Part shown: positions 8,046 through 15,956 of the stretch, piece after piece
Layout: every line of letters starts with the position of its first letter
How positions within the stretch are numbered: the stretch's first letter is position 1
Source: Pirellulales bacterium
GTDB taxonomy: Bacteria > Planctomycetota > Planctomycetia > Pirellulales > JACPPG01
Direction of reading: 5' to 3'
Length of the DNA stretch: 64,000 nt
Assembly: GCA_036499395.1 (NCBI GenBank)
Contig: DASYDW010000020.1
Coordinates: 8,610-72,609, forward strand
Position numbers and translations under genes: made by a program
Notes under the pieces: generated by a model
The model's input: the letters and a program-made list of their open reading frames with translations, nothing else
Databases searched by the model: none
What the model was told of the DNA's origin: nothing

Positions 8046-10289
8046 TCAATCGTTGACGAATCGTGGCGTGGCGCTGCGTACGCAGCGAAAGCCCAGGCCT
8101 GGGCGGACCGCTCCCTCGGAAACGACGACGGGCAATGTCGACTTATGAATCGTCGTCACCGAAGACTCGCCCATCGTCGATCGCATGTTCCCGCCACGTA
8201 CGATGCGCTCGCGCGGTTCAAGTATAAAAGCTGCCACTTCTGGCCTTGGCTTCGTGAACCGCGACACGGTCCACTCGGCGACATTGCTACAAAGACCGAC
8301 CACTTGCGGTTCTGTGTGAGTGCGGTCCACGGACGGAAAACCGACCGGCCCCACCCCGTTTTCGGGCTCTCCTTCGTCGGTGCTTGCCTCCGGATTCGGA
8401 GCTGGCGCGCGGTGTGATGCAGCGAGGACAAACTCGTTTTCCGTTGGCAGACGCTTGCCGCGACTTTCCGCTAGTGCCAGGGCAAGATCGAACGAGACCG
8501 TGACAGCATAATCGTCGGGAACTGGACGCCAGCGCTTGTCCATCGGGTCCTTGCCGTGCGAAAATTGTCGGTACTCTGCTACCGTGAACTCCTTGCAATC
8601 GATATAGAACGCGCCGTCGCTGCTATGCTTGCTGCTCTTGGGGTCGGCGCTAGGGGGCGCGGCGATCAATGCCATATTGCTAGTTACGTCCGCGTCGGGA
8701 ATGCGAATCTTCGGTAAATTGATCGATCCGTCGGCCGCCTGCTTCCAGCGTAGATGTGCGTATATGCCTGGAAGAGTCTCCGCCTCTCGCGGTACGCGGC
8801 GATACACTTCGTTAAATCGACCATCGTCAAGCACGGCGACGACAAGATACTCTCCGGCGGGCACCTCGAGCGAAAACGGGGAGCGTTGCCGCGGCCGAAT
8901 CGCCTTATCCGGCAGCGGCTCACCGAGATCGGCATCGAGTGGTACGAAGGTTACCTTTGCGCCTGCTGGCGAAGTTGTCATGGTAACGGTACGCAGGCCA
9001 AGCAAGGCATGATTTTCGGACGCTAATTGCGCGGCAATGCCCATCGCCGCTGCCAGTAGCGCAAACAACCCGACGACGGCAGCAGCCGCAGGGCGGCGAC
9101 GAATCCATCGCCAAGCTCGCTCCACGGGACTAGGACGGCGCGCGACGATGGGCCGGCCGTCCAGCACACGCCGCAAATCGACGGCCATCTCTTGCGCTGA
9201 CCAGTAGCGGTCGTCGGGCGACTTCGATATCGCCTTCAGGCAGATCGTCTCGAGGTCGCGTGGAATCGAGCGGTTAATGCGCCTGGGCGGAAGCGGATCC
9301 GCATGGACGACCTTTTGAAGCAGCGCCGCAGCGGGGCCATCGAAAGGGGGGCTGCCCGTCAGCATTTCATAAAGAATGACGCCGAGCGCAAAAATGTCGG
9401 TCCGCCGGTCGGCTGCGATCCCCTTGCCACTAGCCTGCTCCGGAGACATGTAGGCCGGCGTGCCCACAATCTCGCCGTCCAGCGTCATGTTGCGGCTGTC
9501 GTTCGCGCATTTTGCTAGACCAAAATCGGTGATGTGCGGATTGAGTGCCTCATCCAGGATGATGTTACTGGGCTTCAGGTCGCGATGAATCACGCCTCGC
9601 TCATGGGCGTGATCCAAAGCGTCAGCAAGCGATGCGCACATTCTCGCAGCCTCGCGCGCTATAGGCCGCGATCGATACAACCAATCTCGCAAGTTCTGTC
9701 CGAGCACATACGCCGAGACGATATATACGGAGCCCCCTTCCTTGCCCACCTCGTATACAGGCACGATGCGGGGATGACTAAGTTGTGCCGCGGCACGCCC
9801 CTCGCGCAAAAAGCGATTCAGGGCATTGTCCGTCAGCCGGTGCGCATGCGGGATCTTTAGTGCCACGGTTCGCTGCAACCGCGGATCAAAGGCTCTCCAG
9901 ACCTTGCCACTCGTTCCTTCGCCAATGCTTTCCAAAAGCAGAAAGTGGCCAAGACGCGAAGGGGCCAGTACGTTCGGCGGCGGAGCGGGCTCGCCGGAAT
10001 GTTTTAAACGAGCTTCCTCGATCTGCGACGCGTAATGCGGGAATCGGGTCATGTAGACGCGCCAATCCGACGCGTCTTTATCGTGACTGCGCAGCTCCCA
10101 GTCGACCAGCAACAGCTCGACAAACAATTGGCCGCGGTGTTCTTCTTCGACGTAGGAGAGGTAATCTGTTAGCTCAGGCTGGCTGCCGGCCCACAAATCC
10201 TTTTCGAAGCGATCGCAGATGGCGTCGATCTGCAGGTCGACACTCAATCCGACAAGTGCCTGACGAAGATTATGCTCTCTAGCTCGCAT
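8046..10289 (-). CDS. Membrane Ser/Thr protein kinase with extracytoplasmic FGE-sulfatase (SUMF1-like) domain
   Basis: 747 aa. Kinase motifs: VALKIP, HRDLKPSNIIL, DFGLAK, GTPAYMSPEQ. One TM (AAAAVVGLFALLAAAMGIAA). C-terminus FYIDCKEFTVAEYRQF...GKRLPTENEF...VAEWT...IVRGG...GFRCVRS is typical of the formylglycine-generating-enzyme fold. Confidence 0.85.
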   Translation of the reverse strand: MRAREHNLRQALVGLSVDLQIDAICDRFEKDLWAGSQPELTDYLSYVEEEHRGQLFVELLLVDWELRSHDKDASDWRVYMTRFPHYASQIEEARLKHSGEPAPPPNVLAPSRLGHFLLLESIGEGTSGKVWRAFDPRLQRTVALKIPHAHRLTDNALNRFLREGRAAAQLSHPRIVPVYEVGKEGGSVYIVSAYVLGQNLRDWLYRSRPIAREAARMCASLADALDHAHERGVIHRDLKPSNIILDEALNPHITDFGLAKCANDSRNMTLDGEIVGTPAYMSPEQASGKGIAADRRTDIFALGVILYEMLTGSPPFDGPAAALLQKVVHADPLPPRRINRSIPRDLETICLKAISKSPDDRYWSAQEMAVDLRRVLDGRPIVARRPSPVERAWRWIRRRPAAAAVVGLFALLAAAMGIAAQLASENHALLGLRTVTMTTSPAGAKVTFVPLDADLGEPLPDKAIRPRQRSPFSLEVPAGEYLVVAVLDDGRFNEVYRRVPREAETLPGIYAHLRWKQAADGSINLPKIRIPDADVTSNMALIAAPPSADPKSSKHSSDGAFYIDCKEFTVAEYRQFSHGKDPMDKRWRPVPDDYAVTVSFDLALALAESRGKRLPTENEFVLAASHRAPAPNPEASTDEGEPENGVGPVGFPSVDRTHTEPQVVGLCSNVAEWTVSRFTKPRPEVAAFILEPRERIVRGGNMRSTMGESSVTTIHKSTLPVVVSEGAVRPGLGFRCVRSATPRFVND

Positions 10290-10896
10290 GGATTAACTCC
10301 TGGCTCCACGCGTTACGAATCAAATGCAGCTTACGCTCGATGGCGCGTTTACTTACAGAAAGAATGTTAGCAATTTCAATTACAGAATAGCCTTCTACTC
10401 TAAGAGCTGCAATTTTAGCGAGCTCGGCATTCGGAAGCAAACCAAGCAAGCGCCGACTTTGCTCTTCGAGAATCGCGAGTGTTTCAGGCGTGGGGCAGTC
10501 GCTGACAAGTTGGTCGAACGAAAATTGCCCTGCCGCGGCGTTACTATCGGCTAATGCCGACTCGGCATACACACGGTTGCCTCCGCGTTTGGCTGTAACA
10601 TTGCGGCGAATCAGATCCACCGACTTTTGTTTGGTAATCGCTAACAACAGCCACCATAGCTCATCACGATCGTTTACATTGTCGAAGCGGCCGGCTAAGG
10701 CGCCCCGGCACAGACTAAAAAAGACGGCCTGCGCAACATCGTCCTCATCGGCGACCGCTTTGGGTTTGCCCGCAAGGCGTCGACTTGCGATTTCAACCAA
10801 CTGTTCCCGATACCGGTCCCAGAGATTCGCTACGTGCGCAACTTCCCCAGCTTTCAAGGAGCAAAGCCATTCGCTGACCGAGTTCTGAAGTGACAT
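10279..10896 (-). CDS. ECF-type RNA polymerase sigma factor of the kinase-associated (ECF43-like, Sigma70_ECF) group
   Basis: 205 aa. N-terminus WLCSLKAGEVAHVANLWDRYREQLVEIASRRL. Region 4 HTH: YSVIEIANILSVSKRAIERKL. Its 3' end overlaps the kinase start by 11 nt. Confidence 0.8.
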   Translation of the reverse strand: MSLQNSVSEWLCSLKAGEVAHVANLWDRYREQLVEIASRRLAGKPKAVADEDDVAQAVFFSLCRGALAGRFDNVNDRDELWWLLLAITKQKSVDLIRRNVTAKRGGNRVYAESALADSNAAAGQFSFDQLVSDCPTPETLAILEEQSRRLLGLLPNAELAKIAALRVEGYSVIEIANILSVSKRAIERKLHLIRNAWSQELIHAS

Positions 10897-11198
10897 GCAA
10901 CAAGATCCGGCGCAAGACGACTAAATAAATGACGCTAGTCCATCTTGTTTATCTTCGATCTCGCCAGGTGGCAATGGCTGTAACCCTTGATTTGCAAAGG
11001 TTTTCCGCGTCTGCCGGGGAAGGCGCATCCTTGACCTCGTTCGAAAAATGCCAGGTTGCAGCGAGATTGGCGGCTGGCCGTCGTTTTTTGCGATTCGCCA
11101 GAGGCGATAGCGCCGCCTGATCCCCCGTTCGTCAAGCAATCACGTTTGTAGCCTGTCGTCGATTTGGCCGGGGGCAGTTGCTGGTCGGTGTTGCTGGG

Positions 11199-11234
11199 GC
11201 CGAGGATTCACAAGGATTCTGAGCGATCCTCGGC
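11199..11234. repeat. Perfect 9-bp inverted repeat (GCCGAGGAT-N18-ATCCTCGGC) in a non-coding region
   Basis: Read directly. The loop carries a direct repeat, AGGATTC at 11204..11210 and 11214..11220. It lies about 180 nt downstream of the response-regulator stop on the minus strand. No U-tract. Confidence 0.4.
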
Positions 11235-11415
11235 AGACGTCCGACTCATTAACCCGGGAGACCGGGCTGCGTCGTGGTGTCGTCCCAGCAACACGAGCCT
11301 TATAGGCCACTCATTTTCACACAAAACTGCTAGCTGCGACGGCGAGATCCACGAAGATGATTGGAAAGTAACGCGCGGCGCCGTAGCGAGTTCGTCCTGA
11401 GTCACCTCCAGAAAG

Positions 11416-12096
11416 TCAGGCTGCCTCTGTGCGGCGCGCGTTAATTTTGCGAACGATATGTGCCTTATGGTTCTCCAGCGCGTTGGCACTGATCCCCAGT
11501 GCGAAAGCGCAGCAAGGCAGGGTCAGACCCGTGGCGAGAAGCCGGAGCACCTCAATTTCCCGTTCACTCAGAAAGGCGGGATTGCGCGTGCAGCGCTTAC
11601 CCCGGTGATTTGCCGTTAAGAGGCGGGATGACCCAACGTTCGTAGAGATAACGTCGAGAGCGGCTTCGAGCTTTTCGAGCGGATCCTGTTTGGTCAAATA
11701 GCCTTCTGCCCCGCAGGATAATGCGCGATTGAGTCCGTAATCTCGGAAAACGTCGTCCATGACCACAAACGCGACGCGCGGCGTCAGGGACCTGACTTTT
11801 CCAATGGCCTGCTGCACGTCCGGCAATCTTGCGTCGATGATCGCCAGCGACGGCGGACGCTGCGAAACGGCATTCAGGAACGGATCAAGGCTGGAAAAGG
11901 CTCCCACGACATTCATGCCGAATGACCGAATCACGCTGGCCATGAGGTCAGCAACCAATTGCTCCTTGTCGACGACCACGACCGTCACCTGCGATCGACT
12001 AGGTAGGACGCCTTCCTTGCTGGTCGGACGGGATTCGTCCCAGCCATAATTCTCAATAGGGAGGTGACTTGCGCCGTCTGCCTGATTCGATTGCAT
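11416..12096 (-). CDS. NarL/FixJ-family response regulator (REC + LuxR-type HTH), orphan, atypical receiver
   Basis: 226 aa. REC: VVVVDKEQ...LAIIDARLPD...FVVMDD...GYLTKQ. HTH: LSEREIEVLRLLATGLTLPCCAFALGISANALENHKAHIVRKI. No kinase gene adjacent. Confidence 0.8.
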   Translation of the reverse strand: MQSNQADGASHLPIENYGWDESRPTSKEGVLPSRSQVTVVVVDKEQLVADLMASVIRSFGMNVVGAFSSLDPFLNAVSQRPPSLAIIDARLPDVQQAIGKVRSLTPRVAFVVMDDVFRDYGLNRALSCGAEGYLTKQDPLEKLEAALDVISTNVGSSRLLTANHRGKRCTRNPAFLSEREIEVLRLLATGLTLPCCAFALGISANALENHKAHIVRKINARRTEAA

Positions 12097-12407
12097 ATTC
12101 GGACCGCTCGGAAAAGGGTAGGAAAACGAGGCATCGAGTCGCTCGGCCCCCCAAGCAACAAGACGCGTTCATCCTGTTAACCGAAAAGCCCGATCGTGGT
12201 CCGCCAATAATCCTGGGGAGCAGGCCAGAGCCGCCGATCTTGCCCGAGATATCGGCGCTTTTTATTTGACAGGAAACAGGCGATGGGTGAGACTATCGCT
12301 AATTCTGCACCCCTCGTCTCGTCCAGCGGGAGGGGGCTCTCCCTCCTCGGCGGCTAATGCAAATCACCTTCAAATCGGTGTAGTCCATTAGTAGCGAGGT
12401 TTCGCGC

Positions 12408-12425
12408 GCATCGATGATTCGATGC
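12408..12425. promoter_or_regulatory. Perfect palindrome GCATCGA-TGAT-TCGATGC in a divergent intergenic region
   Basis: Read directly. Located between the response-regulator start (12096) and the PEP-CTERM gene (12630/12669). Confidence 0.3.
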
Positions 12426-12465
12426 ATCTGCGCGACGACTATTCAGGTCAGATTGGTGTGTCGTT

Positions 12466-12480
12466 CCAGGAATTTCCTGG
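12466..12480. promoter_or_regulatory. Perfect palindrome CCAGGAA-T-TTCCTGG in a divergent intergenic region
   Basis: Read directly. About 150-190 nt upstream of the PEP-CTERM gene. Confidence 0.3.
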
Positions 12481-12629
12481 GCGCTTGGTTCAGGAACTAG
12501 CCCAGCCACGTCACCGACTGACCCACCATTCGCCCCTTACTACTTGGATGCTGGATTTCGTCGGTTGTCGCGCAGCGCCATGGATTGTCGCACCGCGCAA
12601 TGCATCGACGCCGTGCGTAACAGAGAATC

Positions 12630-13319
12630 TTGGCAACAACATTTCGAATCAATTGGCTTATCAATACTATGTTTGGACGATCGATATTCTTGGCAGTTGC
12701 GTTGGCGTTCGTTTCTCTTCAATCAACCTCAGTGTGGGCCACGCCGCTCACATATTCGTTTCAAGGCACGATGCTCTCGAAGCCACTTCAGCCCTACGGC
12801 TTGACGATCCCTGGAACCGTTATTGCCGGCCAATTCTCCTACGATCCCGATACCCCCGCTACGCGAACGCTCAACTCGGGTTTGGGGTATGACCAGCATA
12901 TTGTCGACGGATTTCATGCCACCATCGGTGGAGTAACGGTCAGTGCCAGCGACTACGTGGTGGAAATTGTCAATAATATTGTTCAGCCAGATCACACGGT
13001 CAAAGATGAGTTTTCGATCGTCTTCTCCAGCGCAATAACGCCGGCTCTCGATTCCTCGCTGGTCGTGAATGGCACGGCACGAAGCGCTGGGCTGTTTAAC
13101 GTCACGTTCATTGGCGACAGTAGTCTTTATCCCGCTACGACCCCTCTTCCGAACTTCAACTTCAGGTCATTTACGTCAGGACTCGGCTTGTTCAGCGACG
13201 CGCCCGTGGGGGTTGTCGATGTCTTCACCGTTACGCCGGAACCGACAGGGGTCGTGCTGCTCGCCATTGGCGCGGCGCTTTTCGGCGCGCGATATTTTCG
13301 TCAGCGGCCGAATCGTTGA
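12630..13319 (+). CDS. Secreted PEP-CTERM sorting-domain protein
   Basis: The C-terminus VTPEPTGVVLLAIGAALFGARYFRQRPNR has a PEP motif, a TM helix and a basic tail. Signal peptide MFGRSIFLAVALAFVSLQSTSVWA suggests the real start is ATG 12669. Confidence 0.75.
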   Translation: MATTFRINWLINTMFGRSIFLAVALAFVSLQSTSVWATPLTYSFQGTMLSKPLQPYGLTIPGTVIAGQFSYDPDTPATRTLNSGLGYDQHIVDGFHATIGGVTVSASDYVVEIVNNIVQPDHTVKDEFSIVFSSAITPALDSSLVVNGTARSAGLFNVTFIGDSSLYPATTPLPNFNFRSFTSGLGLFSDAPVGVVDVFTVTPEPTGVVLLAIGAALFGARYFRQRPNR

Positions 13320-13328
13320 GCTTGACGA

Positions 13329-14321
13329 ATGATCCAACAGCCCCTCGGCAATCAGCGATCGGCATTCACGCTCGTTGAATTACTGGCGTCGATAGCCATT
13401 ATTGGTTTGTTGATTGCGCTAATGCTTCCCGCGATTCAAACGGCGCGCGAAGCAAGTCGCCGCGCCACCTGCGCCAACAATCTCAAGCAGATCGGTTTAG
13501 CGCTGCTGAGCTATGAAAACGCGCAGCATGTTGGCCCGATCGGCGTCAGCGGGCAAGCGGGATGTGGAATGTCCTGGTGGGCGTCGACGTTGCCGTTCCT
13601 CGAGCAAGCAGCCGTTTCCGATCGCCTCGACTATTCTGGATCTTCCACCGGCTTCCTGCTTTTACATGCGGGCAATGCGCAAGTCGTCAATGGACTGCAA
13701 ATTCCTAGTTTGGCTTGCCCTTCGAGCACTTTGGACCAGATGTACCCGGTTGGAATTAGTTCAGTGCAAATGCCCTCTTACGTGGGAATCTCAGGTGCGT
13801 CTAACGATCTGGGGTTTCCCGAGACGCGCGTTAACACTTGTTGCGCCCCGGGCGGCAATCTGGGACAGATATCCGCTGGCGGAATGCTCGTCCCCAATCG
13901 CAGCATCGCTTATGCCGAGGTGACGGATGGGTTGTCGAACACCATCGCTGTCGGCGAATGTTCGGATAACGTGTACAACGCCAACGGAGTTGCCATGCGC
14001 ATCGACGGAGGTCTTCCGCTGGGATGGATTGCCGGAACCTTCGAGTTGGGCACACCGCCGAAGTATGCAGCGGATCCCGCAAAACCGAAGATGAGTTACA
14101 ATATTACGACAGTCCGCTACCGTCCAAATATGCGAGATTACACGCAACCGGGGATTATCAACGATCACGGGCCGAACAATCCCCTCGTGTCATCGCATCC
14201 AGGGGGTGTGCATGCGGCGGTCGCCGACGGCGCTGTCCACTTTCTCAACGACAACATGGATGTCACCGTGCTCAAGGCACTTTCAACTCGCGACGACGGA
14301 ATTCCGGCTTTGGTGCCCTAG
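13329..14321 (+). CDS. Prepilin-type N-terminal cleavage/methylation protein, DUF1559 / H-X9-DG family
   Basis: 330 aa. SAFTLVELLASIAIIGLLIALMLPAIQTAREASRRATCANNLKQIGLALLSYE at the N-terminus. HPGGVHAAVADG (H-X9-DG) near the C-terminus. Confidence 0.9.
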   Translation: MIQQPLGNQRSAFTLVELLASIAIIGLLIALMLPAIQTAREASRRATCANNLKQIGLALLSYENAQHVGPIGVSGQAGCGMSWWASTLPFLEQAAVSDRLDYSGSSTGFLLLHAGNAQVVNGLQIPSLACPSSTLDQMYPVGISSVQMPSYVGISGASNDLGFPETRVNTCCAPGGNLGQISAGGMLVPNRSIAYAEVTDGLSNTIAVGECSDNVYNANGVAMRIDGGLPLGWIAGTFELGTPPKYAADPAKPKMSYNITTVRYRPNMRDYTQPGIINDHGPNNPLVSSHPGGVHAAVADGAVHFLNDNMDVTVLKALSTRDDGIPALVP

Positions 14322-14458
14322 CTCATACCTTCTGTCGCTCTGGCAGCGCCCCGTATTGGGTGATACGCGTGCCATGCACTGTTCAGCGCCGCATGCGCTG
14401 ATTCGAACCACTTTCTCACTTCGCGTTTCTAGAAGTTGACAACGGCCTCGAAATGCTG

Positions 14459-14480
14459 TTCTACTAACCGGTCGGTAGAA
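14459..14480. promoter_or_regulatory. Candidate TetR operator: imperfect 22-bp palindrome TTCTAC-TAACCGGTCG-GTAGAA
   Basis: 18 of 22 positions are symmetric. It sits about 40 nt upstream of the TetR GTG (14518) and just downstream of a TTGACA hexamer (14436..14441). A related TTCTAGAA palindrome lies at 14427..14434. Confidence 0.35.
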
Positions 14481-14517
14481 TTCGAGATTCGATGATTCGG
14501 TTTGACGACGGACATAC

Positions 14518-15147
14518 GTGGCAACGTTAAAAACCAAAAAGCCGCCGGCGGCATCCGAACGCGATCGCGCGGTCGAAATCTACGGCAAGGCGGCCGAGAT
14601 TTTTCACGAGCGGGGCTTTGATGCCACCTCGATGAGCAGCATTGCCTCGGCCGTCGATCTCACTAAGGCCGGACTGTACTACTACGTAGAAAGCAAAGAA
14701 GACTTGCTCTACGCCATCATCAATTTCGCCATGGAACGACTCGAAACCACGGTGATCGAGCCTTCCCGCGAATTATCCGATCCCCAGCAGCGGCTACTGA
14801 GCATCGTCACCCGGCACGCACAATTGCTGACCGAGGGAAACAAGGCGATCACCCTGCTGACGGATGAAATCGACGGTTTGAAACCTAAGCATCGTAAGCA
14901 GATCCTGGACCGCAAACGGGCATATTTCGAGTTGGTGCGCGGCACGCTCGATGAGTTGAACGATCGTGGCCGATTGCGCGACGTCGATACGACCGTCGCC
15001 GCCTTCAGCTTGTTCGGCACGCTGCTTTGGCTGCCGCGATGGTTTCGCGTCGGAGGGACGCTCAGCAGCGAAGAGGTTGTTCAACAAATCGTCCGCCTGG
15101 TTACCGGCGGACTGTTGAAATCGAAAGGCAAAAGTACGCCAGCATGA
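14518..15147 (+). CDS. TetR/AcrR-family transcriptional regulator
   Basis: 209 aa, GTG start. HTH: AAEIFHERGFDATSMSSIASAVDLTKAGLYYYVESKEDLL. Its stop overlaps the etfB start (ATGA at 15144..15147). Confidence 0.9.
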   Translation: MATLKTKKPPAASERDRAVEIYGKAAEIFHERGFDATSMSSIASAVDLTKAGLYYYVESKEDLLYAIINFAMERLETTVIEPSRELSDPQQRLLSIVTRHAQLLTEGNKAITLLTDEIDGLKPKHRKQILDRKRAYFELVRGTLDELNDRGRLRDVDTTVAAFSLFGTLLWLPRWFRVGGTLSSEEVVQQIVRLVTGGLLKSKGKSTPA

Positions 15148-15941
15148 ACATCATCGTTTGTATCAAGCAGATTCTCGACCCCGAGATTCCTGCTCGCGAT
15201 TTTCGCGTCGATGGCGCAAAACGCCAAGCCGAACGCGGCAGCGCCAACTTGGTTACCAACATTTTCTGCGAAAACGCACTCGAGACGGCGCTGCAGGTTC
15301 GCGACGCCCACGGCGGCAAAATCACGGTCGTAACGTGCGGGGGCGTCGAGGCGGAAGAGGTGCTGCGAAAGGCACTCGCATTGAAGGCGGATGAGGCCGT
15401 ATTGCTCGAATCGCCGATCGAAAACCCCGATCCTCTTTTCGTCGCCCGCACGCTGGCCGCCGGCATTCGCAAGCTGGAGCCGTTCGACGTGGTGCTTGTC
15501 GGGCGCGAGGCGGGCGACTGGGGGGCAGGCCAAACAGGTGGACTCTTAGCCGAAGAATTAAGCACGCCCTGCATTGCGTTCGCCGAGTCGTTCGCGCCCG
15601 GCACCGAACCAGGCCGGCTGCAAGTCAAACGACAAACCGACAACGGCTGGGAAGGCTTCGAGTCGTCGACACCGCTCGTGATTACGATCACGAACCATGA
15701 TAAGAACGTGCCGCGCATTCCGAAAACGCGTGATGTGATGCAGTCGTACCGCAAGCCTTTGACGAAATGGCCGTTGGCTGAGCTAGGGATCGACGTCGAT
15801 TCGAACGGCGGTTATTCCCACATCGCCGACCTTTTTGTGCCCGTCAAGGAAACGCATTGCGAGTTCCTGTCCGGCGATACGCTGGAAGCTAAGGTCGACG
15901 CTCTCGCCGAGCGTTTAGCCGGGATCATCCGTTCGATTTAA
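15144..15941 (+). CDS. etfB: Electron transfer flavoprotein beta subunit
   Basis: MNIIVCIKQILDPEIP...KITVVTCGGVEAEEVLRKALALKADEAVLL...DVVLVGREAGD. The track ORF starts at 15027 but that extension overlaps TetR. ATG 15144 is in frame and coupled to the TetR stop. Confidence 0.85.
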   Translation: MNIIVCIKQILDPEIPARDFRVDGAKRQAERGSANLVTNIFCENALETALQVRDAHGGKITVVTCGGVEAEEVLRKALALKADEAVLLESPIENPDPLFVARTLAAGIRKLEPFDVVLVGREAGDWGAGQTGGLLAEELSTPCIAFAESFAPGTEPGRLQVKRQTDNGWEGFESSTPLVITITNHDKNVPRIPKTRDVMQSYRKPLTKWPLAELGIDVDSNGGYSHIADLFVPVKETHCEFLSGDTLEAKVDALAERLAGIIRSI

Positions 15942-15956
15942 TCACCACCCGAGATA

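Noticed and set aside
7899-8417. 172-aa + strand ORF downstream of the IS
   Set aside because: Its 3' half is antisense to the well-supported kinase C-terminus and its 5' half lies in a non-coding spacer. I found no SD and no recognisable motif.
14384-14420. GGTTCGAAT (tRNA T-loop-like, minus strand) and the CAGCGC-CGCAT-GCGCTG hairpin after the DUF1559 gene
   Set aside because: Flanking bases do not form a T-stem, acceptor stem or anticodon arm, so it is not a tRNA. The hairpin is only 6 bp with no U-tract, so at best a weak terminator.
15027-15143. 5' extensions of track ORFs (15027 for etfB; likewise 16856 for the FeS protein and 36805 for the response regulator)
   Set aside because: The extensions overlap the preceding genes in another frame. 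Conserved N-termini begin at the internal ATGs, which are coupled to the upstream stops.
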